Assembly (NCBI GenBank): GCA_977030845.1
Contig: OZ365109.1
Location: 41,106,001-41,170,000, forward strand
Source: Fimbriosthenelais zetlandica
Lineage: Eukaryota
Reading direction: 5' to 3'
DNA: 64,000 bases
The position numbers and the translations under genes are program-made. Position 1 is the first letter of the stretch; every line of letters starts with the position of its first letter. The notes beneath the pieces are model-generated. The model was not told the DNA's origin. It worked only from the letters and a program-made list of their open reading frames with translations, and did no database searches. Positions 41,101 through 51,990 of the stretch are shown one piece after another.

Positions 41101-44100
41101 GAATCGATAGAATTCTTGTATCGGTGTTCTGTGAGCTTATGGGTAATGTGAGTGGTTGGTAATGGGGAGGGGAGGTTGGACCTATTATTAATTATGTAAA
41201 AGGTGATTCGGTGCATATAAACTTACCAGAACTCCCTGATCGGACAAGATTAATATGAATATATGTATGGATAATGAAAACAATCAATTTTATGAGCAAG
41301 AAATTGCCACGATTTGGTGTTACCTGGACTGGACATGGTATTTACCTATCTGTTCTCTTCTTTTTTCTGTTTTATGTCCAATGTTTCAGTTACAAGGTTG
41401 AATTTATCATAATCATTTAGCAACATTGACTTCTCAGACATGAATGAAAGCGGCCCTAAGGGGCCTATCAGAGATCTTTTCCCATGACAGACTAAGATTT
41501 CCATCATTGATTTTTGTGGGCAGGATGTGTCTCCAAATCTACGTATGGTTTAAATGGAATGTCACGTCAATTTTCCCAGTCAATTCCCAAACTAAAATAT
41601 GGGTCAATCAAGGACAAACCGACCGGTGATAGTGTCACTTTAAGTTTAAAAACCTGTATTATGGCTGTACCGTACTGAGGACGGGAGAACTATAACTGGA
41701 TAAACATGGAAGTTTATTGAAGGAAAAAAAATACAGAATACGAACATATTACCTGCTTCATCCACGCCTAATGATGTACTTAATTGTGTAAGGATATGCT
41801 CCGAGTTTCTATGCGCTAAGATGCGTTCACACCCTTCCTCAGCTATGGTTAATCTAGAGCAGAAATGTGAAAATATATTCATTCAATTCAAAAGGAAGTT
41901 TATTGAGTGTTATAATTATTTGAAATTATTATAATTTTTACTATTAAGCCTACCTGGCAAGTACGAGGGCAGCATTACTGGCGGTCCAGAGGTTGTCGTT
42001 TCTCAATAGAGCAGTAACGTTAGTCAATGTTTGTAAAAGGCATTCCTCACCCAGCATCCACATCCTACCTTCATGACTCTCAGCCTTAAAATACAAAATT
42101 ATTTTATGAAATAACATGTTATTTTAATTTTCATCATACGAAGAATATCCATTGTCGTATTGTCCATGAAAATCAACACTGGATTGGTTAATATATATGG
42201 CGCATGGAGTACCGATATTGCATTACAAAAATTTTTATTTTAATAAAAATAATGAATTTAATAATTTTATATATGTAAGTTTTTCTTGCTTCATAGTATT
42301 ACTTAAATGTCAAATTAAAGGAACTTTTGAAGGTTTGGAAGGTGCAGTCTAATTCAGATACGAAATAATCAATGTCTCCTTAAATGCGAACCAAGAAAAA
42401 GATCTCCAGCAATCTGCCGGAGACTCTTTTTTACAAGGACCACAAGTAGGTTTAAAAAAAATCAAATTCTAATGCCATTGTCCTATATTTATCGCAAAAT
42501 ACTGGATCAGTTTATTGGTCCCCACATGCTAATTTCAAAGCCAAAGATTCTTCGGTTTTTAATGGTACTTTAAGGGAAGTAGCCTATACTACGCCTACTG
42601 TGACTATTAATATTAAGAATGCAAGGCCGGAACATTGAAAGTAAACGTGTAGTCCTGCATGGGGTTCAATTCATAAAAAAGATCCATGTCATTATACGTT
42701 TATATACCATTCATAATACACATTTGCCCTCTTTTCAAAGTTCATGACGTCTAAACCCAGTATAAATTTAAAGTAGAAATAAAGGGATAAGAGGGCATTT
42801 CACATACAGGACTATAGTTCAATCTATTAAATGGATATCTATAGGCCTATGAAAAAAAACTTGGGAATGGAGATGACAGATTGGATGCATGAATGGGTAA
42901 AGTGAATTGATAGGTGGGTAGGTGGGTAAAGTGAATTGATAGGTGGGTAGGTGGGTAAAGTGAATTGATAGGTGGGTGGGTGGGTAAACTGAACGGATAG
43001 GCGGGTGGGTAAAATGAATTGATAGGTGGGTGGGTGGGCAGGGAAATGTATAGGCCTATGGAGAGGTTTGTGAATCGTGGGGTGGCTGCGACACTGGATA
43101 CATGGGTTCATGGATGGATGGACAGTTTCATGCATGGGTGCATGGTTGGATGGGTACATGGATGGATAAATGATTAGTGGTTAAATTGATGGATAGATCA
43201 AATTGTTAAAAATCTGTTCTTGAAACATAATTGAATTGACAGTACAATCTATTCAATCTACAAATTCAATGTTACGTAATATGAGAGTAACTCACCAGTG
43301 TACCCATTGTACCAGCAGCGTTCATAACACTCTCTGAATCATCAAAGGTGAGCATGTGAGTGAGATCAGGTAGAATCTTAGCCGCCTCCCTCACTGGTGA
43401 AGCTAGGAGAGAGATCACCCTATAACATCCTAGATCTGACTCAGCCAGGGTCCCTATAATGTAGGCCGAGTTCCCTGCCACCCTGGAGAAATAAAATATA
43501 AAAAATAGCTATTAATTCATACCCTTTATAAAATATTTAATATTTGGAAGATAATTTTTTTTAGTATTTGAACACTTTTATTATACCCATACCACATTTA
43601 CAGCGTATTTTCAGGCGGTTCATTCCAATTTCGAGAGAATGGCAAGTATGTACATGTAGGCCTATATATAGGCCTAAATCAGCCTAAATCAAAAAAAATA
43701 TGTCCAGCAACATTGCATTATTAGGCTATTCAATTTCAGCTACACACATTTACATTTTATCCTATAAAAAGCCCGCGTTAGAATTTTGTCATAAATTAGG
43801 ACCCGGAAACTTCAGTTATACGGGAAAAGCTTAGTCATGGGATTAGGACACAGATTATCCTTCCTTATCCATGTCAATTTTCTCACAGCTTTAATGGTCT
43901 GGCTCCTTTCATGCCCAATATGATTTATCCATTTAACTTATTTTCTGACAATGCGATTCTCAGGAATAAGATAATGTTTTAATCATACTTCTGAGTAGAA
44001 TTCTTCGTGAGTGAGATAGATAAAAGTGAACAAAAATGTCAAGTTAGCAATGATTTTGCGACAGTATTAGCCTAGCTATAGGCCAAGGTGCCTACAAATG

Positions 44101-44638
44101 TTGTTTCATTGACCGGCTTTGGGAGGAAGTCATAACAATCCCTTCTAATTCCTAGGGAGAAGGATTTGATCGCCACAGCATGGAATTAAAGCTTAAGTCG
44201 GCCTAATTAGGTCGAGATGTAGGCCGAGTACACTAGGCATAGGCCTAACCTGGCAAGCATAGGCCTACAACGTATGCCATTCAGTAACACGACATTTATG
44301 AGGTGATTTTTAGATGGAGATTCATGAATAAATTCTTGATATATATAGGTGTGTGTTATTAATTTAATTAAACACTATGAAAATGAATTATATGTACGGT
44401 AATTAATTTCACAATGGACATAGCCCCACATCTAACATCAACTTACCTATTTCAATGTTAACAATTATTAACAATATTAATTACGTGTTTAAGATGATAT
44501 AAATAAATGTAATAATTACCTTGTGTTGGAACTGCCCAGGAGACGGACAAGTCCCCATAGGAAATCCTCGGAACCTGAATGGCAGAGAAATTTGGAAATA
44601 GTTTTCTCCTTCTCAGCGTGGAGATCGTCCACCAGCAT
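23104..44638 (-). CDS. Uncharacterised armadillo-like repeat + 3x fibronectin type III protein with long S/K/P-rich tail (~1110-1140 aa)
   Basis: Phase-consistent GT-AG exons: 44638-44520, 43482-43296, 42084-41954, 41853-41753, 40056-39962, 39871-39675, 39130-39052, 38122-37933, 36907-36758, 35636-35520, 34208-34132, 33842-33776, 32477-32281, 31781-31712, 30925-30738, (tentative 29046-29012 and 28383-28344), 28175-28097, 27945-27872, 27752-27304, 26264-26031, 25589-25384, 23878-23725, 23287-23104 (TAG). ARM-like helices (NSAYIIGTLAE, NAAGTMGTLAE, NAALVLARL, NAAFAIGRL, NACFALSCLA); FN3 signatures (W..P...Y, L.P.T.Y..V.A). Start ATG and tail exons are less certain. Confidence 0.85.
24595..24995. 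repeat. 21-bp-unit array, near-perfect core 24791-24851
   Basis: ACTTGACCCAGTCTGCATGGA x3 plus degenerate flanking units. Confidence 0.8.
26575..26680. repeat. Dispersed ~105-bp repeat, inverted partner of 35165-35275
   Basis: Reverse complement CCCATTTCTAAT..GATTGAAATG..TCAG.GGTTAGCCTTACCTAGGT and ATTCTCCAATCCGTCG.CATCCGA match 35165-35275. Confidence 0.75.
30440..30640 (-). mobile_element. Degenerate tRNA-derived SINE copy (same family as 39221-39521)
   Basis: Shares ATGTCGCAGGCACATGA, ACATTAT.CTGACACC, CCAAGCGAGGGAG and AGTCTTTGGT blocks with the 39.3-kb copy. Confidence 0.75.
31285..31500 (-). mobile_element. tRNA-derived SINE copy
   Basis: Same internal blocks plus the B-box region GCGGTTCGAACCAGCGACCTT. 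Confidence 0.8.
32557..32935. repeat. ~62-66-bp minisatellite (about 5 copies) with degenerate and inverted derivatives to ~33285
   Basis: Unit TTATGATAAACAACAGCAGTTATGATGGCTAACACAGTTAAGATAGCTAAAACAGGGCCTACA; CCACTATCACGATAGACAAC at ~33038 is inverted at ~33261. Confidence 0.9.
35165..35275. repeat. Dispersed ~105-bp repeat, inverted partner of 26575-26680
   Basis: See the partner feature. Confidence 0.75.
39221..39521 (-). mobile_element. tRNA-derived SINE, 5'-truncated, probable Meta-domain (MetaSINE-like), with 13-bp target-site duplication
   Basis: Direct repeat CGTCGATTAAGTA at 39208-39220 and 39522-39534. On the - strand a B box (GGTTCGAACC) is followed by GGGTCATACCAAAGACT..AAAATGGGAC..CTCGCTTGGCACTC. 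The Meta-domain assignment is from recall. Confidence 0.85.
42890..43040. repeat. ~28-32-bp GT-rich tandem repeat
   Basis: AAGTGAATTGATAGGTGGGTAGGTGGGTA repeated about 4-5 times. Confidence 0.85.
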
Positions 44639-44799
44639 TTCTAGGGCGGCGTGTGACCGCTTGTCCCGGTGCAGCAATAAACTAAAATAATCATTGTTCT
44701 GCCAGTTCAGTATCATCTTAACTTTCCTTATCAAGTATTATGAGGTTGGTAATCGTATCCATTAATGTTTTCCTATTTCTCCTGGTATTTTCGGCGCTG

Positions 44800-45000
44800 T
44801 ATAAGTTCACATATTGGGTTTTAGCGCGGTAAAGGTGTTGTTCAGTGGCGGGTATGCACCACCTGGTCCGCCATATTGTTTACTGTTGCTTGCTTGTGAA
44901 CGCCCGGAAGTTGAGTAGATCGAGCAGGTGTGCTTCCGCTTCCTGTCTACATGGATCCGTATTTTACAGAAGCGTCTGCTCCTGCTACCACCACCCCGCT
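44800..45000 (-). promoter_or_regulatory. CpG-rich putative promoter/5' UTR of the ARM-FN3 gene
   Basis: Local CpG enrichment and ETS-like CCGGAAG/GCGGAAG motifs just upstream of the first coding exon. Confidence 0.45.
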
Positions 45001-45031
45001 ACAACCCTAGGTCTAGGCCTACATCGCCAGC

Positions 45032-45639
45032 GGTAGTACTAAACACCGAAAGAATCCGAAAGGAGCAAACGGACAAAACGCATAGAAAACGTATAAAACG
45101 TACGTCTAACGGATACCAAACGGTAAGAGAACGTAGTGAAAACTTACAAAACGTATATATAACACACACAACGGACAGAAAACGGACTCAGAACGGACAT
45201 ACCGAAAGGAGCCGAAAGGAGCAAACGGACAAAACGGATCTAAAACGGATAAATAACGCATAGAACGTACAACTGACGGATATGACGGACGGAAATCGAC
45301 GCTGACAAAGCGTACATATAACGCACACAACGGATATAACGGTCAGAAAACGGACTCAGAATGGACGTAACGAAAGGGACCGAAAGGAGCCGAAAGGAGC
45401 AAACGGACAAAACGCATAGAAAACGTATAAAACGTACAACTGACGGATATGACGGACGGAAACCGACGCTGACAAAACGTACATATAACGCACACAACGG
45501 ATAGAAAACGGACTCAGAACGGACGTACCGAAAAGAACCGAAAGGAGCCGTTTGGTATCCGTTAGATGTACGTTTTATACGTTTTCTATGCGTTTTGCCC
45601 GTTTGCTCCTTTCGGATTCTTTCGGTGTTTAGTACTACC
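45032..45639. mobile_element. Foldback/MITE-like element with ~90-bp terminal inverted repeats and internal 157-178-bp tandem units
   Basis: 45032-45123 (GGTAGTACTAAACACCGAAAGAATCCGAAAGGAGC...GGATACCAAACGG) is nearly perfectly inverted at 45548-45639. AACGCATAGA(AA)ACGTA recurs at ~45077, 45255 and 45412. No clear TSD. Confidence 0.8.
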
Positions 45640-46651
45640 CCATAGCCAGGCTATATGTCTACATTGGTTACAAGTGTGGCAATAAGTGTCATTTTAAAGC
45701 ATTTCTGAGACACAGTAGACCTAACGTTCTAAAGGTTATTTTGATAAAACATTCCGATATTTTCTCCCAACTCTTTATTGTTTGGCCTAGGTCTATACCT
45801 TTCAATCGGTAGGCCTATTATATAGGGGCCTATAGTCGTCCAGGCTACGTGGCATGTTAATATGTGCATAGGCATATCTTAATTGGTGTGCCTAAATTTT
45901 CCCCACTTGCTGTATGCCTACACGAGTTAGCCTACATAAATCAACAGATGATATAGGCCCTATAATATATAGGCCTATTGTCAGCACGGCATGTAAAGGT
46001 GACTTCAAGGCGCAATCAAGTGTCGGCCTGATGCATGGGTGGAGATCGTAGCTCCCCCGAGTGACAGTGACACTAATACACACAGCTGGTGCGCGCTTTA
46101 TGCCACTGTGCTTTTCTTATTTAATTAATCTTTTTTAGACAAATGTCATGCTGCTCGTTAAACCTCTTAATTAGCCCATATTTATGCCTATTTCCCAATT
46201 TCAGACCGGCCATAGACATAAAGGTGATGTCTATGGTCTTATACACCGTCAAGTACGGTAATATATAGAAAAAGAACTGATAAGCCATGGCGGCGGCAGG
46301 CACATAAAACATTATGCATAGAGGTTTAAATATTGAATACAAAAAAAGCCTGCAAACTTGAAGTCTATTTTATTTCAATTCATTCATCCCTCAAAAATAG
46401 TTTCATATCAGCAGAAAAATGCAAATTATTGTTGTATAATAAATGACCAATCATCACATGGAAACTTGCAATAGAAAAGTGGCAAGGAAAACTCTGGATA
46501 TTTCCAAACATTCAATAATCAAAGAAACACTTTTAACAGTTCATAAAGAATTATCAATGATCAAAGAAACACTTTTAACAGTTCATAAATGTTCAAGTGA
46601 CAAGTCAATTACCCTTCTTTATATTTGTCAAAATTTACTAAATTATTTTGA

Positions 46652-49600
46652 TTATGTATCCCCTTCATGAATTATAACGGTGACATTGTCTTGGTTTTCA
46701 TCCGTGAGGTTCACTATTTGTTCACTTTCCTCTATATTGTCAGTGGTCTCTTGTTCGTGCACTGCCTCCTCTCCTGTTTCTATAACGGCAGCAAGTTCAA
46801 CATTCGCAAGTCTGTCCAGCTTCAGGTCCTGGATCTTCAGGTTATGTATCGTATACAAGTGTCTTTCTAATTGTTTTTTCAACCTGAAATCTGCTGGACA
46901 CCCTTCTACTTGACAGAGGTAGGGTTTTCGTCCGGAATGTATGAGCTGGTGGTTCAATAATCCAGCGCGTTGTCGATATGTGCGTGGGCACTGGGTACAT
47001 TTAAATGGTCGCTTCCCTGAGTGCACACACATATGACGCCTTAAGGTTTCCATCAGTCGGAACTTTTTACTACACACTCGACAACTGTAGGGTCTTTCGC
47101 CTGTATGGATTCTCAGATGGTTCTTATAGGCGTCACTGCGTCTGAATGTATTACCGCAGTATTCGCAGGCAAACGGTCGCTCGCCTGTATGGATGCTCAT
47201 ATGCTTGTTCAGATGGCGTTTCACCCGGAAGGCATGATTACAAAACTCACATTTGAAGGGTCTGTCTTCAGTGTGGATAGTTACATGTTCCTTAAGGTAT
47301 TCCATCTGTATAAAGGTCTCAGAGCAGACCCCGCATCTGAAGACTTTCTCACCTTTGTGGGTGGCTTTGTGTCCGAGGAGTCGACCACGGGAAGTGAATT
47401 GTCGGCCACATTCATCGCAGGGATATCTGTAGGTCTTTCGGAAAGTTGATGTATTCTCGTCGTATATCTCAGTGGTAATACAGTTATTATACACCACCAT
47501 AGTCTCATCTTCCTCAAACTCAGCGGCCTCCAGTTCCTCAACTGGTAGCAAAGACTCCTCAGGGTTGGATTCAGTCACTTCTTCCATAGTTTCACCATTA
47601 GTTTGCTCAGGCTCTTCCTCTTCCTCATTGTTTCCCTGTTGGAATACAAACTCGGTAACTTTTCCATTATCTGGGTTCGCAGTCACAATGCTCAGTTCTT
47701 CGCCTTTATCTTTGAAAACTTGGCAAAAAGTGACCAAGGCTTGAATGCCAAAGGTTTCCGCAGCTTTCATGATGTCCTTCAGGTCTCGGATGTTGGGCGA
47801 GATTTTTCCTTCATAAAGAAAGTCTATGATGAACTCCATGGTCTTGCGGGAGAAGTGGCACTTGACAATGATGGAGTTGCCGTTCATGCGAGCTTTTTGA
47901 AGGATGTCTTTGAAGAAGGAGCTGCCAGCAGAGAGGACGAGACCATGGGCCATGAGAACACTGCCATCCTGGACCACCACTGATATGTCACATAAAATCT
48001 GGGCTTGTCGAAGTTCATGCATGCTCTGAAGCATGATAGCGCCCCAACCTGTGCTCTCTATGCTCAACTCTGTGCCCGTGTCCATTAGGCCTATCTGGAT
48101 AAAAACCAAAATACATAAATTGATTAATATGTAGGCCTATAATAACATCGATTATCTTAGAATAAGTACTGCAGTAGCTTAGAACAGAAAAAAGGCCATA
48201 TATTGTTCATTTTGTGACAAACCCACAAAATTTAGCACCCTAGTCCCTACGTTCTTAAATAGAAGAACAGAAAATAACGTTAGTTTTCTGGGCGAAAAAT
48301 CCAAAATAGGCAGGCATAGATACAGCAGGCCTACATCGATATAGGCCTACATACCGTAATTAATAACATCTATAATCGATTATCTAGCTAGCCTATTACC
48401 TATACTAGACTATTGATAGATTAGATCAAAGCCTATAGCCTAGGCCTATGTTACGTAGGCCTAGGGTAGACCTACGTATTATTTGACGAGTATGCCTATT
48501 TAAAGCTCTTATTATTTTATCTTAAATAGATTAGGCTTATTTAATTAAAGGAAACAAGACTGCAGAGGCATAACCATCGTACTAGGCCCTATTACCAAGG
48601 ATAATATACAACTACTAGGTGTTGGCCTGACTAGGCCTAGCTAAAGCCTTTAGAAACAGTGCTGAGACCTGAGTGCAGCAATATTTGTCTAGAAAATTCT
48701 ATTCCTAGATCTAAATTTTTTTAAATTATGATGAAGTTGCAATTTAATGTATTTTTCAATTTACCAATAAACATTGAATGTCGCATGGCGGTAAACAAGA
48801 GCCGCATACTGTGATACAAAACTGCCGTCCAAAGCTAAAACGCAGTATACTATACTATTATTACAGCTACAAGTAAGAAGGTGCGATGGAGTGACCCTAG
48901 CGCCTTGACTCAGTCAGCATATGACAACAATTATTACTGACAGCGAATTAAACATTGATAAACATTGACAGACCTGTCTGAAAAATTGAAAATTGAATTG
49001 TCTGAATTTACCGTCATGTCGGGAGTGGATATATAATGGCGTGAATGGTATAAATTGTCGGTTAGTTTTGCCAGTTCACGAGGCAAGCCGACCAATGTTT
49101 ATTTAAGACGCATGGACGATTCGACAGGAAGTGGGGAGGAGGAGGTAGGGGTGGGGGGAACCTCTATTATCCCCTGGCGAGAGTTTGTTTACATACCGGT
49201 ACACGTTTTTTTGTTCTTGAGCGGGCAAATGTTCATTCTGTACAAATTGATTACTTACCCTACTCCCTATTCTATAAAAAGTAAACGAGAAAATTGCCGA
49301 AAAGGGCGAGGCTATTTGCAGACAAGCAGAACATCATTCGGATTTCGTGAACGGCATCATGGAAAACTAACCTCCTATGGAAAGCCAACTGTAGACTGAT
49401 TCCAAATGGTGGGACCACCTCATAGATGGCGGGGTGGGAGGGGGCGGAGGATTTTTTTAAATAAAAAACAAGGGCCTTCGGCCACTAAGCAAATAGAAAA
49501 TAATTTGTTTAAATTTAAGTGTAAAAGACTAAATTTAAAAATAAAATCGATCAGCCCCTGTAGGCAAACTAAGAAAATACAAAGTAGCCTAGGCCTACAT

Positions 49601-50523
49601 TGATTACATGCTAACACTAACAGAATTTTCCCTATAGGCCTAGATCATATAAATGCCTGTAATATTATAATTATATTAAATTTAGGGCCTATCGGTGACA
49701 GTGAAATCGCAATATGGTTTACCGGTATATTACGGATTTATCTTACGGAAATACTAATTATTATTAATTTATATTGTCAGTGACATAGTGTATCTGATTA
49801 AAGACCAAAATTTGGCAGGGCCTAATATTTAGCCTCGGTGATATTGTCATGTTTTAATATTTGTTTGCGAATTCCCTGACATGCACTGACATGTATTAAA
49901 TGAAATATTAAACAAAATATATATCTGAAGTCACTGACAATATAAATCAATAATAATTAGTATTTCTGTAATATAAATCCGTAATATAAACCATATTGCG
50001 ATTTCACTGTCACCGATAGGCCCTAAACTTAAGATAATTATAATATTACAGGCATTTATATGATCTAGGCCTATAGGGAAAATTCAAACTGCTGTTAGTC
50101 TTAGCATTTAATCAATGTAGGCCTAGGCTACTTTATATTTTCTTAGTTTGCCTACAGGGGCTGATCGATTTTATTTTTAAATTTAGTCTTTTACACTTAA
50201 ATTTTAAATTTAGTCTTTTACACTTAAATTTAAACAAATTAGTTTCTATTTGCTTAGTGGCCGAAGGCCCTTGTGTATAGATACATACTGCGTTTTAGCT
50301 TTGGACGGCAGATTTAATTAAAGCTTGCTTGGCCATAGAACTAACGTTAGACCGCTACCCGGGCATGTTACAACAGCAGGTAGTGCCAAACCAGTCACAC
50401 CAAACGTTCACTGGTCACTCAGCCTATCTCCCGGTCCTAGTCAAAACACAAACATTAAGCTGTATTTTACAATATACATACGCTACACCCCCTCGACAGT
50501 TGTCTTACCTCGTCCATTTCCAT
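46652..50523 (-). CDS. BTB/POZ + 7 C2H2 zinc-finger transcription factor (ZBTB-like), copy A, ~485 aa
   Basis: Exon 1 50523-50509 (MEMDE, donor GAG|GTAAGA); exon 2 48094-46652 (acceptor CCAG|ATA, phase 0). BTB CDISVVVQDG..AHGLVLSAGSSFF..FIIDFLYEG, acidic linker, seven C2H2 fingers with TGERP-type linkers. Confidence 0.95.
48822..50311. mobile_element. Non-autonomous DNA element with perfect 27-bp terminal inverted repeats, in intron 1 of copy A
   Basis: CTGCCGTCCAAAGCTAAAACGCAGTAT (48822-48848) is exactly inverted at 50285-50311. No coding capacity seen; TSD not evident. Confidence 0.7.
49468..50274. mobile_element. Foldback element (~315-345-bp inverted arms, ~145-bp spacer) nested in the 27-bp-TIR element
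   Basis: 49468-49785 is inverted at 49930-50274 (termini ACAAGGGCCTTCGGCCACTAAGCAAATAGAAA). The right arm has an extra ~27-bp internal duplication. Confidence 0.9.
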
Positions 50524-50622
50524 CCTTTTAGTCCCTTTTATGCAGAATTTGGAGATGGATTCGCCGTCTTTCTCGCGTGCCACTGAAGAAATGTTGACTT
50601 GACCCGACAGACGCTTGTCTCT

Positions 50623-50650
50623 TTGGTTAGCGCGTCATGATTCCGTTAAT
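50623..50650 (-). promoter_or_regulatory. Conserved upstream motif of the BTB cluster (also at 55502-55529 and 59907-59927)
   Basis: TGGTTA(G/A)CG(C/G)GTCATGAT(T/G)CC lies about 100-125 bp upstream of the start codon in all three copies. Confidence 0.55.
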
Positions 50651-50979
50651 GAATTAATATAGCCGATTTTCTTCAGATTAAATCGGGATAAAGCTGTTGT
50701 CATTCAACTATGTAATAATCTATTTTTAAAATAAATTATTAAGCTTATGCTAGATAAATAGTTTAAAACCTACTTTGTTTTTCAGTGGACGACACTAATA
50801 TAGATCTAACTCGCCTAATATCGCTCAGTTAAAAGGTGCGCCAAGCTAGCGACACCTAACGTTATGTACGGTAAGCCGGCGGGAACCAAGCTATGCCAAG
50901 TCTCTCTACTTCTATGGCCAAGTCAAAGATAGGCCTACTGATATAATCTTTGGCCAAGTTCGCCGCAGAATAGCAATTT

Positions 50980-51038
50980 CCTTGGGTCATAGAAGAAAAC
51001 GTTAAATCTGTAATCAAACCTGCAATGCCCTTGTCAGT
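50980..51038 (+). pseudogene. Relic of SURF1 exon 1 duplicated with copy A
   Basis: ATCTGTAATCAAACCTGCAATGCCCTTGTCAGTA versus the functional ATCTGTAATCGAACCTGGAATGTCTTTGTGAGTA; the ATG region is deleted. Confidence 0.7.
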
Positions 51039-51900
51039 AGCCTACCCGGTGGGCCTTTATGTGCAACAAAATAAATTTAGGTTCTCTTCTTGGATATAGG
51101 CTATTTAGGCTAGGCCTACCAGTAGGCCTAGGCCTCTTGAGACTTGACACGCTCCATTGGGCCTTTTTGAACAGTCCCCCCACCCCTTGTCACAGGTTTC
51201 TAGTTTAACATTGTCACAAAAACCTGGACATCCGACATCCCCTACCCCAAAGAGTTGGACTCAGTCTTGTGAAGATTATAAACGAGATAAGTAGGCTATA
51301 TATGATTCCCTGATAAGATTTGTAACTGTAAGTAGGCCTATAGGCCCCTACATTTTCGAGATTGCACTGTAGGCCTAAAGATGAAGGAACATTGGACTTT
51401 TCGAAATTTCTCTGAAAATAAAGGTAGACCGGTAACTATAAGCCTAACGTTACACACATTTTATTCAGGTAAAAGATTATTTCTGCAAAACAGGCCTAAA
51501 CAAAAATTCTTATTTAGGCCTATAATCAAAATTCTTACTTCCAATCAAAATCGGAATTTTGTTAACATGATATAGGGCCTAGTCTGTCCAAACTAACTAG
51601 GGCCGAAACCACAGTAGGCCTACGGTAGCCTACATTTCTATGGTGGGTTCTCCAAACACATTTAAACTGTTGAATATTTCGCCGGTACCGGTACATCGAA
51701 TAGCATAGGCCCCTACATCTAACCGCCCCAACCCCATGAGAAACTGGTTGAATTATTGAACAGGAAAAAAAGTAAAAATGAGGAAATTTCATTATATGAA
51801 ATATATTAGGCCCTACTCCTGAAGTTGAGGGCAAAAAGTGGCCAAAAGAAGTCTGGCGTTAAAGGCCTAGCTGGCCTGTCTAGCCTAAATAATACAGTCC

Positions 51901-51990
51901 TACATTTGAGGACTGACTGCCTTCAGCGTCTGTAGAAAACTCTCTGAGCAGACGTTGCATGTGATGACTTTCTCAGATTTGTAGGAGGCT
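51901..51990 (-). pseudogene. Out-of-frame zinc-finger remnant behind the stop of copy B
   Basis: Encodes (LLG)DKASYKSEKVITCNVCSESFLQ, matching copy A LLGHKATHKGEKVFRCGVCSETFIQ. Confidence 0.85.

Noticed and set aside
44928-45497. ORFs of 74-111 aa on both strands
   Set aside because: Translations of the foldback element's tandem units.
48095-48109. ORF-track start MVFIQ for the BTB-ZnF gene
   Set aside because: It lies in the polypyrimidine tract/acceptor; exon 1 at 50523-50509 supplies an in-frame start.
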